Origin: Planctomycetota bacterium
GTDB taxonomy: Bacteria; Planctomycetota; SZUA-567; H5-PLA8
Assembly (NCBI GenBank): GCA_015075375.1
Contig: JABTUM010000002.1
Location: 853,393 to 917,392, forward strand
Reading direction: 5' to 3'
Length of the DNA stretch: 64,000 nt
Below the pieces are notes generated by a model, which was not told the DNA's origin, ran no database searches, and saw nothing but the letters and a program-made list of their open reading frames with translations. Positions 1-8,800 of this stretch are shown here, one piece after another. Position 1 is the first letter of the stretch; each line of letters starts with the position of its first letter. The position numbers were made by a program, and so were the translations under genes.

Positions 1-673
1 ACTGCTCCGCCGCGACGGGCGCGAACCCGAATCGGCGTACGCGTGGTTGCTCGCCGCCCAGACCCTGCTGCAGGACGACAAAGTTTCCGGAACCTTGGAA
101 AAGGTGAATCGAGCGGGGTTGATCACGTGGGCCGAGGAGGGTCTCAAGGAACTCGAGCCTCAGGCCCGCGGCAAGGCGCTGGAAGCGAACGTCGCGCGGG
201 CGGTGGCCACCGTGGTAACTCGCGCCGGCGCGCGCTGGGACGATTCGAAACTGAAGCTCCCCGCCCTGCCCGCCGGAGCGCCCGATGCGCCGGCGCCGGG
301 CGCCACGGCCACGACGGACCCCGTCGCACCCACGCCCGGCGTTGCTCAGCCGCCGGCCGTCGCGCCGGAAGGACAAAAGCGCTCGCGCACGGAGCTATAC
401 CACCGCTACTACGAAGCCTTCCGCGCCTTCGCGGCGAAAAACGGCAACGAGAATCCCAAGCAGCTTGCCGACCTCGTCGCCGGCGGCTTCATGAACGCCG
501 ACGAAGCCTGCCTGGATGCCGAAGGCCGCCTGCACTGCCCCGCCACTGGCGCCAAGTTGCTCTACATGCGCGGCACCAAGCTGGGCAGCGAGAAGATGCC
601 GCTGCTGTACCCGCGCACCGACGATCCGGATCAGGCGAAGCTGTGGGGCGACGGGCGCATTGCGGAACAATAA
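1..673 (+). CDS. Hypothetical protein, C-terminal fragment. The ORF runs off the 5' edge of the window.
   Basis: The frame of ORF 47..673 stays open back to position 2 with no upstream stop. It has an Ala/Pro-rich linker and a C-terminal region (LYHRYYEAFRAFAAKNG...HCPATGAKLLYMRGTKLG) that I do not recognise. Confidence 0.4.
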   Translation, partial: LLRRDGREPESAYAWLLAAQTLLQDDKVSGTLEKVNRAGLITWAEEGLKELEPQARGKALEANVARAVATVVTRAGARWDDSKLKLPALPAGAPDAPAPGATATTDPVAPTPGVAQPPAVAPEGQKRSRTELYHRYYEAFRAFAAKNGNENPKQLADLVAGGFMNADEACLDAEGRLHCPATGAKLLYMRGTKLGSEKMPLLYPRTDDPDQAKLWGDGRIAEQ

Positions 674-676
674 ATT

Positions 677-1009
677 TTAGGGAATGCCGATCAGTTTGAG
701 CAACTGCTGGCAGAAGCCCAGATTCAGGATTTTGGCTCCGGCATAAACCAGGATCAGCCCCAGCAATCCGAAGCCGATCACGGTAATTACGAGGTTCTTA
801 ACGCTTCCGAACAGTCGGGCGAAGAAGCCTTGGGGACGCTCGCCCTTGTAACGCGCGTGGAAATGCGAGTAATTATCGCGGCACGCGCCGCCGCAGAATG
901 TACTGCCTTCGTGCCGCACCACGCAATCTTCGCAGACGGGTTTATGGCAGGTGATGCAGCGCGCGGTGGCGGGGCGGTTGGTGTGGTTGATGCAAACGCT
1001 GCTAGCCAT
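677..1009 (-). CDS. Small Cys-rich (zinc-ribbon-like) protein with a C-terminal transmembrane helix.
   Basis: ORF 677..1027 trimmed to the internal ATG at 1009. It has CxxC...CxxC...CGGAC Cys clusters followed by a hydrophobic helix (LVITVIGFGLLGLILVYAGAKIL). Confidence 0.35.
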   Translation of the reverse strand: MASSVCINHTNRPATARCITCHKPVCEDCVVRHEGSTFCGGACRDNYSHFHARYKGERPQGFFARLFGSVKNLVITVIGFGLLGLILVYAGAKILNLGFCQQLLKLIGIP

Positions 1010-1066
1010 ACTTGCAGGATACCCCAAACGGCAAGTTAGGCCAAGACGAAGGCCGAAGCGCCCGCG

Positions 1067-2569
1067 CTATTCCTGAAGCTCCACCTTTGAGCGAGCCGCC
1101 ACGCCAACCGCCTCGCGCACCTGGCCGCTGGGGAAACGCACACGCACGTCCACGGCCGCCTCGGACCCGATCCCCACGTGAAGCTTTCCGTCTAGCACCA
1201 CATCGTTGGTATGGAAGCGGTCCATGAAGCATTGCCGGTAATGGAGCAGGCCTTCGGGCTTGCCCAGCGTTCCCGCTTTATAGACCCATATCTTGCAGCC
1301 CACCTGTTGAATGGCCGTTACCTTGGGCCGGACCTGCACTTGGACGGCCGCGTTCGGCGTTCGGTTGCGCCGCAGCACCAATTGATTTCCCTGCGTGTGC
1401 ACTACGTCGAGCGCGCGGTCGCCGTCGACGTCGCCAAAAGCCACGTGGACCCGTTGCAGAGGGAAGTCCGGAGCCCACTCTTCGAACCGGTCGCCACGAT
1501 TCAGAAAAATGCCCGAGGTCATCGTATGGTTGCTTGTGAGAACCAGATCGCGGCGGCCGTCGTTGTCGAGATCCAGCAACTCGAAGCGCCCGTCGCCGTC
1601 GAAGGGCGCGCCGCCTTTGCGCTTGGATGCATCGAAGGCCCGGAACGGCGCCTTCGCGAAAGAGCCTTTTCCATCGTTCAAGTAGGCCTCGCCATTCGCC
1701 AAGTCCAGCAAGTCCAAGCGCCCATCCGCGTTCAGATCTTCCGGATAGAAATAGTGCCCCTTCCCAACCGGCAAACCGCGGGAGGCGGTGGTATCCTTCC
1801 AGCCGGCGGGGCCTTCCGCCCCCGGATCGCGTTCGAGCACCCAGGCGTATAGGCCCGAGCCGCGAAACGTAACGATCAGCTCGTTCCGGTCGTCACCGTT
1901 CAAATCGGAAGAGAAAGCCGCTTCGAACGCAGGCGCCATGGGGTGCGGAGAGCGCGTTTCGCCTTCCGGCCAGCCCAAGATGTCTTCGGCCTTCCACGCC
2001 AAGGTCCAACCGACCTTCTCGGGCATGGTGCCGTTCCAAGTGTCGGGCTTGGGATTCAAGGCGCCCATGCCCTGCCTGCGCATCCACATGGACTCGTATT
2101 TCCCCGAGCCGTCGGCATCCACAAAGAGTCCGAACCCGCAGGCGTTGGCTTTTGTCCATTTTCCCGAACCGTCGTTTACATAGAAGCCTTGCGTGGCCCA
2201 CGAGGACATGGCATCCAGACGGTCCGTTCCGCTCACGTTCCACCACAGCGGCGAAAAGGCATGAAACTTCCAACGCGTGTCGTATTTCTCGCCGCAGAAC
2301 TGAAAACGGCCCTTCCCGTTACCCCAGAAAAAAGCCGCTCCGCTTGATGTATGCCCATACCAGTGGATATCCGCGTGACCGTCGCCGTTTAGGTCCACCA
2401 GCGGTCCCAGGTACGGCGTTTCGAGCCGGCCCAGATTCGGATCGGCGTTGAGTTTGTGGTCGAGTCCGCTCAGTTCGGCGCCCACCGTCTCGAAGAGCGG
2501 GAGCGCATCGCCCGCCGAGAGTCTCCCCAAGCCGCAGGCAAGGACCACCAAGCACCATAGTGCGCGCAT
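1067..2569 (-). CDS. Secreted FG-GAP repeat / ASPIC-UnbV (CRTAC1-like) protein.
   Basis: The ORF track gives 1067..3319, but only the part from the ATG at 2569 is real. It starts with signal peptide MRALWCLVVLACGL, preceded by GGAGG. It contains DxNxDGxxD FG-GAP-like repeats (LNGDGHADI, DLNGDDRNELIV, DLNADGRLDLLD, DLDNDGRRDLV) and a C-terminal UnbV/ASPIC-like segment. The upstream 250 codons are antisense to argH. Confidence 0.6.
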   Translation of the reverse strand: MRALWCLVVLACGLGRLSAGDALPLFETVGAELSGLDHKLNADPNLGRLETPYLGPLVDLNGDGHADIHWYGHTSSGAAFFWGNGKGRFQFCGEKYDTRWKFHAFSPLWWNVSGTDRLDAMSSWATQGFYVNDGSGKWTKANACGFGLFVDADGSGKYESMWMRRQGMGALNPKPDTWNGTMPEKVGWTLAWKAEDILGWPEGETRSPHPMAPAFEAAFSSDLNGDDRNELIVTFRGSGLYAWVLERDPGAEGPAGWKDTTASRGLPVGKGHYFYPEDLNADGRLDLLDLANGEAYLNDGKGSFAKAPFRAFDASKRKGGAPFDGDGRFELLDLDNDGRRDLVLTSNHTMTSGIFLNRGDRFEEWAPDFPLQRVHVAFGDVDGDRALDVVHTQGNQLVLRRNRTPNAAVQVQVRPKVTAIQQVGCKIWVYKAGTLGKPEGLLHYRQCFMDRFHTNDVVLDGKLHVGIGSEAAVDVRVRFPSGQVREAVGVAARSKVELQE

Positions 2570-2785
2570 ACAGGGCCTCCGTTTCTCTAAAGCGTGCCTT
2601 CGAGCCGTACAACTAAAATACTTTAGCCCATTCTTGATACACCGCCCCCTGGCACTCCAGGCCCCCATTTTGACCTTCCGCAAGGGAATGGGCTCCTGTT
2701 CTTTACAAGATGGGCGCGAGCGGCATAATACGTGGCCTCCAGACGAGCACCGGTTAGCTCGCGAGCCCAAGAGCAAGGACGTTCC

Positions 2786-2866
2786 ATGGCCTTCAAGCCT
2801 CGCCGCCGCCGAAAAATCGGCAGCAAAAAGCGCCGTCAACGGCGCAACCGCCGCAAGAAGCGGTAA
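2786..2866 (+). CDS. Candidate 26-aa Arg/Lys-rich upstream peptide (MAFKPRRRRKIGSKKRRQRRNRRKKR), a possible arginine leader peptide.
   Basis: It starts at ATG 2786 with an AAGGA RBS 8 nt upstream, and stops with TAA at 2864-2866. It has 11 Arg and 6 Lys in 26 residues, including four consecutive Arg codons. It ends 100 nt upstream of argH on the same strand. Confidence 0.3.
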   Translation: MAFKPRRRRKIGSKKRRQRRNRRKKR

Positions 2867-2966
2867 GCACCGCGCGCCGCGGGTCGCGCCCGCCCATCCG
2901 AAGGTTGGAAGCGTTCGCCGAAGCCTCGGCGCCGCGTCACGTGGCCCCCTGCCCAGGAGACCTCGG

Positions 2967-4373
2967 ATGGCACGCGTGTCGAAACGCGAACGATCCCCCG
3001 CGCGTAGCGGCGTATTCAGCAAACCCGCCGATCCCCTGACCGAGGCGTTTACGCAATCGGTCAGCTTCGACCGGGAACTGGCGCGCCACGATCTCGCCGG
3101 GTCGCTGGCGCACGCCCGAATGCTGCTCAAGGTGGGCCTGCTGACCCGAGCCGAAGAGGCCGCGCTGCGCAAGGGGCTCGAAGCCATCCGCGCCGAAATC
3201 GAGGCCGGGCGCTTCGCCTGGAATCCCGCCTTCGAAGACGTGCACATGAACATCGAAAAGGCGCTCGCCGACCGTGCCGGCGCCGCCGCGGGGAAGCTCC
3301 ATACCGCGCGCAGCCGCAACGACCAGATCGCGCTCGACGAACGCCTCTGGGTCCGCGAGCAGCTCGATGCGATCCGCGCCGAACTCCATGCGGTGCAGCG
3401 CTCGCTATTGGCGCTCGCCGAGACTTACGCCGGTGATCCGATGCCCGGCTACACGCACCTCCAGCGCGCGCAGCCCGTCACCTGCGGGCATTACCTGCTC
3501 GCCCATGTCGAAGCCTTGGAGCGCGACGCCGATCGCTGCGCCGAAGCGCGACACCGCGCCAACGTGCTGCCCTTGGGCGCCTGCGCCCTGGCCGGCACCA
3601 GTCTGCCCATCGACCGCGCGTACACGGCGAAGCTGCTGGGCTTCGAAGGCGTCACGCGCAACAGCATGGACACCAGCGCCGACCGCGATTACCTGCTCGA
3701 TTTCGCCTACGCGATGTCCGTCTGCGCCATTCATCTCAGCCGCCTCGCCGAGGATTTCATCCTCTATGCGACCACCGAGTTCGGCTGGCTCAAGATCGAC
3801 GACGCTTGGTGCACGGGCAGCAGCATCATGCCGCAGAAGCGAAACCCGGATCTCTTTGAGCTGATCCGCGGCAAGGCCGGACGCGCCGTCGGGGTGCTCA
3901 ACCATTTGCTGATGCTTCTGAAAGGCACGCCGCTCACCTACAACCGCGACTTCCAGGAAGACAAGGAAGTTCTCTTCGACGCAACCCGGCATTTCCGCGC
4001 CAGCCTGCAGGTGCTGGCCCGGATGCTCGAAAACGTGAGCTTCGACCGTGCCAAAATGGAAGCGGCGTGCGTCGGGGGCTACATGGACGCCACGGTGCTG
4101 GCGGAATTCCTCGTGCGCAAAGGCCTGCCGTTCCGGCAGGCGCACCACGCCGCAGGGCAACTGGTCAAGGTGGCGGCCGCACAGGGCAAAACGCTGAGCG
4201 AACTATCGGTGCGGGAGATGCAGGCGGTGCATCCGTTGTTGGACGCTTCCGTAAAGCCGGTGCTGGGCCCGCGCGGCGCGGTGAACAGCTACGTTTCGCA
4301 GGGCTCGCCCAATCCCAAGCTGGTGCGTAAGGAAGTCGCGGCTTGGAAGAAGCGCCTGGCTCGAGGGCGTTAA
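2967..4373 (+). CDS. argH: Argininosuccinate lyase.
   Basis: ATG at 2967 with a GGAGA RBS. It is 468 aa and carries the fumarate-lyase signature GSSIMPQKRNPD. It is alignable end-to-end with ArgH (TARSRNDQ..., HLSRLAEDFILYAT...). Confidence 0.9.
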   Translation: MARVSKRERSPARSGVFSKPADPLTEAFTQSVSFDRELARHDLAGSLAHARMLLKVGLLTRAEEAALRKGLEAIRAEIEAGRFAWNPAFEDVHMNIEKALADRAGAAAGKLHTARSRNDQIALDERLWVREQLDAIRAELHAVQRSLLALAETYAGDPMPGYTHLQRAQPVTCGHYLLAHVEALERDADRCAEARHRANVLPLGACALAGTSLPIDRAYTAKLLGFEGVTRNSMDTSADRDYLLDFAYAMSVCAIHLSRLAEDFILYATTEFGWLKIDDAWCTGSSIMPQKRNPDLFELIRGKAGRAVGVLNHLLMLLKGTPLTYNRDFQEDKEVLFDATRHFRASLQVLARMLENVSFDRAKMEAACVGGYMDATVLAEFLVRKGLPFRQAHHAAGQLVKVAAAQGKTLSELSVREMQAVHPLLDASVKPVLGPRGAVNSYVSQGSPNPKLVRKEVAAWKKRLARGR

Positions 4374-4427
4374 CCGCCCAGCCGAGGCCCTCCTAGGCGT
4401 TCCTGGCGTCCGGGCGGCTAAAGGGTT

Positions 4428-5504
4428 TCAAGCGCTCTTCACCGGCGGCGCGGCCTCGCGCACCGCGGCGGCCATCTCGCGCAGCAGGGTCTCGGTCTCC
4501 TCGAAACCGATGCAGCCGTCCGTGATCGAGACGCCGTAGGCCAGTTTCGCGCCTTCCTTCCAAGTCTGCTTGCCGGGCTTCAGGTTGCTCTCGAGAGAGA
4601 TGCCCATCAGCCGTCCTTCGCCGGCACGGTACTGCGCGCAGACATCGCGCCAGGCGATGGCCTGCTTCGCCGGATCCTTGGAGCTGTTCCCGTGCGAACA
4701 GTCCACCAGCACCGGCCGGGCGACGCCGCCTTCGGCCGCCAGCGTCGCGGCGCGCTTCACGTCTTCCGTGCCGTAGTTCGTCCGCCCTTCCCCGCCCCGC
4801 AGCACCACGTGGCAGTCGGGATTGCCCGTCGTCTTTACGATGGCCGTGACGCCGACGTTGTTGATGCCCAGAAAACTGTGCGCTTGCCGGGCCGATACCA
4901 GCGCGTTCACCGCCGCCTGGAGCGTCCCGTCGATCCCGTTCTTGAAGCCCACGGGCATCGAAAGCCCGCTGGCCATCTGCCGGTGCGTCTGGCTCTCGGT
5001 CGTGCGCGCCCCAATCGCCGCCCAACTTACAAGGTCTGCGATGTACTGCGGCGTGATCGGCTCCAGGAATTCCGTCGCGCAGGCCATGCCCAGCGCGTTG
5101 ATCTTGACCAACAACCCCCGCGCCACCTCCAGGCCGATGGCGATATCGCAGGAACCGTCCAGATGCGGATCGTTGATCAGTCCCTTCCAGCCTACCGTGG
5201 TGCGCGGCTTCTCGAAATACGTCCGCATCAGCACCACCACTTCGCCCCGAATCTCGTGGGCCACCTGCTTGAGGCGCGTGGCGTAGTCGATCGCGGCCTC
5301 CGGGTCGTGGATCGAGCACGGGCCCACGATGGCCGCCAGCCGCCGCGTATCCCGGCCGTGGATGATGTCGCGCAACTCACGCCGCGTGGTGCGCACCGTC
5401 TCCGCCGCCTGCTCGTTGAGCGGAAACTTGGACTTCACTTGAGCCGGGGACTCCAGCGGACGCATCTCCGCGATACGTACGTTTTCCAGCCGTTCGCCTT
5501 GCAT
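4428..5504 (-). CDS. 3-deoxy-7-phosphoheptulonate (DAHP) synthase, class I (AroG/AroF/AroH type).
   Basis: It matches E. coli AroG strongly (IVGPCSIHD, YFEKPRTTVGWKGLINDPH, GARTTESQTHRQMASGLSMPVGFKNG, ILRGG). The start is trimmed to the ATG (MQGERLENV...) with a GGGAG RBS 7 nt upstream. The ORF-track start (TTG at 5564) lies inside the terminator U-tract. Confidence 0.88.
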   Translation of the reverse strand: MQGERLENVRIAEMRPLESPAQVKSKFPLNEQAAETVRTTRRELRDIIHGRDTRRLAAIVGPCSIHDPEAAIDYATRLKQVAHEIRGEVVVLMRTYFEKPRTTVGWKGLINDPHLDGSCDIAIGLEVARGLLVKINALGMACATEFLEPITPQYIADLVSWAAIGARTTESQTHRQMASGLSMPVGFKNGIDGTLQAAVNALVSARQAHSFLGINNVGVTAIVKTTGNPDCHVVLRGGEGRTNYGTEDVKRAATLAAEGGVARPVLVDCSHGNSSKDPAKQAIAWRDVCAQYRAGEGRLMGISLESNLKPGKQTWKEGAKLAYGVSITDGCIGFEETETLLREMAAAVREAAPPVKSA

Positions 5505-5562
5505 CTGCACACTCCCAGGTTGATCCCGCCGCGGCCGCCTAGCTTTCCCATCCCGCGGGCAC

Positions 5563-5590
5563 AAAAAAAGCCCTGAGGATCGCTCAGGGC
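5563..5590 (-). terminator. Intrinsic terminator (attenuator) in the DAHP synthase leader, reading on the minus strand as GCCCTGAG-cgatc-CTCAGGGC followed by TTTTTTT.
   Basis: It has an 8-bp GC stem, a 5-nt loop and a 7-U tract. It lies 60 nt upstream of the aroG-type ATG and downstream of the leader uORF. Confidence 0.6.
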
Positions 5591-5617
5591 TTTGGGGTTC
5601 TGTTCTCGTTCCGGCTT

Positions 5618-5695
5618 CTACGCAGCACCCCTCCGCCCTGGCTGTCGCCAGCCAAAGTAGGAATACCCAAAATAGAAGCCCGTCCGCACGTTCAC
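5618..5695 (-). CDS. Leader peptide MNVRTGFYFGYSYFGWRQPGRRGAA (GTG start), rich in aromatic residues.
   Basis: GTG at 5695 with a GAGGG 7 nt upstream, and a TAG stop at 5620-5618. Seven of ten consecutive codons are Phe, Tyr or Trp. It lies between a promoter-like element and the terminator in front of DAHP synthase. Confidence 0.5.
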   Translation of the reverse strand: MNVRTGFYFGYSYFGWRQPGRRGAA

Positions 5696-5715
5696 GCTAA
5701 AGCCCTCACAGGAGG

Positions 5716-5745
5716 ATACTTACCACCGGCCGGGCGGTCTGTCAA
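5716..5745 (-). promoter_or_regulatory. Sigma70-like promoter on the minus strand: TTGACA, a 17-nt spacer, then TAAGTA(T).
   Basis: The -35 hexamer is a perfect consensus. The -10 is a weak A2/T6-type match. It is positioned about 20 nt upstream of the leader uORF. Confidence 0.35.
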
Positions 5746-5763
5746 TCCCCCGCCCTCGGTGCA

Positions 5764-5790
5764 CAAAAAAACCGGCCCGAAGGCCGGTTC
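5764..5790 (-). terminator. Intrinsic terminator for the beta-barrel/decaheme operon: CCGGCC-ttcg-GGCCGG followed by TTTTTTT on the minus strand. It also forms a hairpin plus TTCTTT on the plus strand.
   Basis: It lies 30 nt downstream of the TAG stop at 5821-5823. It has a perfect GC stem and a 7-U tract. Confidence 0.6.
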
Positions 5791-5820
5791 TTTAGGAAGT
5801 TGCCTGCAAGCCGGGAGCGA

Positions 5821-8800
5821 CTATTCGCCCTTCAGCTTCTTCAGTTCCTGCTCGATCTTGCGCTTCTTGATCGGGTTCTTCTCGTTCGCCAAGGCCGCTT
5901 CCAACTCCTTGATCTTCTCGGCGTTGGCGCCGGCGCTGGCTTCCTTGATCTTCTTCTCCAGATCCTCGATGTCCTTCTGGATCTTGCGCTTCTTGATCGG
6001 GTTCTTTTCCTTCTCCAGGTCGGCCTTCAACGCTTCCAGCTTCGCTTCCAGTTCGGCCGTACCGCCGCCCGCGGCCTTCATCTCCAGCGGCTCGCCCGGG
6101 GGCTCGTTGGCGACGGAGAAGAACTGGCCGTCGAGCATGTACATCGCCTCCATTTCCTTCTTGTTGAAGGGCCGCGAACCGACGCGGTTGAAGACGCTGA
6201 GCTGATTGCCGCTCTCGTCCACCGCACGGTCGCGCTGGAGGCCTTCGCTGATGTTCAGCGCCACGCCCGGCAGGTCCTTCTTGGCGATGAGGAACGGCTT
6301 CGGTTCCGGCGACCAGCCTTCGAAGTTGGGTACCGTTTCGGGCGAGGTGAGCTGCACCACCGCCAGCCCGCGCTTACCGTTGGCCAGGTAGGCGAAGGAA
6401 GAGGTGTTGGTCATGCCCAGCTTCACGTCGCGGACGTCGTTCAGCCAGCCGTCGCCCGTGAACTTGGTGAAGAGCTTCGGCGCTTCGGCGTGTTCGATGT
6501 CCACGATCGCCAGACCTTCCGCGCCCGCCGCCACGTAGGCGTACGTGCGCGCCAAGTACAGGCTGTGCGCGTTCTGGAACGGCACCGTCGCGCCTTCGAC
6601 CAGCCGAGGTTTGTCGGGGTGCGTGATGTCGATCACCTTCAGGCCGTCGGCGTCCAGCACGAAGGCGTAGCGGAACTGGATGCGTACCGCGCGCGGCTTG
6701 TTCAGCGGCACCACGCTCAGCACCTTCAGTTCGTCCGGATTCGGCGCGCGCGCCTCCTCCACGACCTTCTTGATCTCCAGCTTCTTCTTGCCGTCCGGAT
6801 TCATCTTCAGCGCCGCTTCCACCAGCTCGGTGCCGATCTTGCTGATGTCCACGCAGACCAGGCCCGCATCGCTGCAGACCCACAAATTGGTCCCGGCCAC
6901 GATCCCGTGCGTGGAGCCCGTGAGCACCCCGTTGGGATTGAAGGTCAGATGGCGTTCGAGGAAGTTGTTCGTCGGATCGCCGTCCAGCAGCGTCGCGGCG
7001 TTGATCGTGAAGAGCCCTTCCTCGCGGTCCAGACAGTACAGGAACGCGTAGATCGGATGGATGCCCTGCTCCTGGTTCAACGGATCGCGGGGCATGAACG
7101 GAACCTGCCGCGTCGGGTCGACGCCCAGGACCGTCGGGCTGATCACCTGCGTGCAGTCCTTCGACTTCACGTACATGCGCTGGCCCAGCGGGCTGACCGG
7201 CGCGGTGCTGATGCGCTGGCTGAAGCCCTTGTTGTCGATGTTCGCGACGTCGTAGATCGTCACGCCGCCGCCCCCGCGCGCCGCGTACAGATATTCGCCG
7301 CGGAGCTGGAGCTGCTTCACCGTGCCGTACTTGCCGTACTCGTGTTCCAGCGACATGTCGCGCTCCAAGTGCTCGGCGTAGCGCTCGCGGAACGCGTCGC
7401 GGTGCAGCGTGCTGCCAATCACCGCTTGCGGCTCATCCTGTTCCGTCACCACCACCGCATGCGTGCCGCCGTCGTCACAGGCCACATAGACGTAGCGGTA
7501 CATGAAGTTGGTCGTGTTCGTGCCCAGCATCAGGACCTGCGACATCCAGGCGTTGTTGTCGCCGGCCTTGCTGACGTGGCAGTCGACGCACATCTTGGTT
7601 TCGCCGGCCCCGCGCACCGCGTGCGGATAGTGCGGGCTGAACGCCTGGCCGCTGAAGCCTTCGGCGCTGACCGTCTGCTGCTGGCTGTAGATCCACTCGC
7701 GCTGAGCGTTCTGCGAACCGACGATCACGGCGCAGGCCGAGCGGACCGGGGCGACCTTGTTGCCCTTGACCGTGCCGTCCAGACCCAGCATGAAGACGTC
7801 GCCGCGCAGCGTCTGCCAGTTGTACTGCGTCCAGTTGCGGCTGTGCGCGCCTTCGTAGTGGATGTTGTCGCGGTTCTGGTTCGCGCGCATCGGCAAGTGA
7901 CAGCCGAAGCACGAAGCCATCCACGACGTATGGCAGGTGTAACAGTCCATCTTCTCGGTCTTGTGCGCCAGGACGCTGGGGTCTTCCGGCACGTCGCCCC
8001 AAGTTTTGTTGTCCTTGCGCATCGTCTTGGCCAAGCGCGCCTTTTCGTTGTAGTGCGGATTGCCCGGGGTGATCGTGTCGATCACCTGCGGCACTTCCCA
8101 CTTCACGTTGGCGTCGACGGCCGACTGCTGCATCAACTTCCCGCCCAGCACGCGGAAGCGCTTGCCGAATGGCGTATTGCTCGCCGCCAAGTCCGTGCCG
8201 CCTTCCGGCGCCGCGTTGCCCGTCGTCTTCAGCGTCGCGCGCTTGTAGATCGTTCCGTGGCAGTCCGCGCAGGTGATTTCCGTCGCGTTGCGGACCTCGG
8301 TGTACAATAAGCCGTTGCCGTGGTTGTCGATGTTGAAGTGACAGTCGATGCAGTGCATCCCCTTCTCGAGGTGGATGTCCTGCATGTGCACGGCCGAGCC
8401 CGCGAGCGGCTCACCCTTTTCGCCCTTCTTGAATTTATTGGGCGCATCGTGCGCAACCTGCTTGCCGTCCTTGTCCAACAGGTTGCCCTTGCGGTCCATC
8501 TTATAAACGTTTTTATAGAGCCAGCCGTGGCCGTGGTAGTCGGCGAACTGGATCTGCTTGAACTGGTCGTTGCGTTCCCAGACCGACTCCATCCACTCCA
8601 CATCGCCCCAGCGCCCGCGCAGCGCCGCCGCTTCCGGATTGCGGTACTTGATCTTCAGCTCTTCGCGCTCCGACATGTTCGGCAGGTGGCTGTCGAGGTA
8701 CGTCTTGCTGCCTTCGGTCTCGTTGTCGTACCAGGTGTTGCCGTAGTAAGTGACCGTCACCGTCGTGCCGGGGTGCATATGGCAGACAACGCACTGGCTG

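Noticed and set aside
2867-2966. A classic intrinsic terminator between the Arg-rich uORF and argH.
   Set aside because: Only GC hairpins without a U-tract are present. The attenuation idea for argH is therefore kept as a low-confidence hypothesis, not a called terminator.
2570-3319. N-terminal 250 codons of track ORF 1067..3319 (Arg/Ser/Ala-rich).
   Set aside because: This part lies antisense to argH and has no motif. The real FG-GAP/ASPIC gene begins at the ATG at 2569, which has a GGAGG RBS and a signal peptide.
5505-5564. TTG-initiated N-terminal 20-codon extension of DAHP synthase (MCPRDGKARRPRRDQPGSVQ).
   Set aside because: The TTG lies inside the terminator U-tract. The downstream ATG has a proper GGGAG RBS, and the protein aligned from it matches the AroG N-terminus.
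4692-5576. 294-aa plus-strand ORF.
   Set aside because: It lies antisense to the strongly supported DAHP synthase gene and has no recognisable domain.
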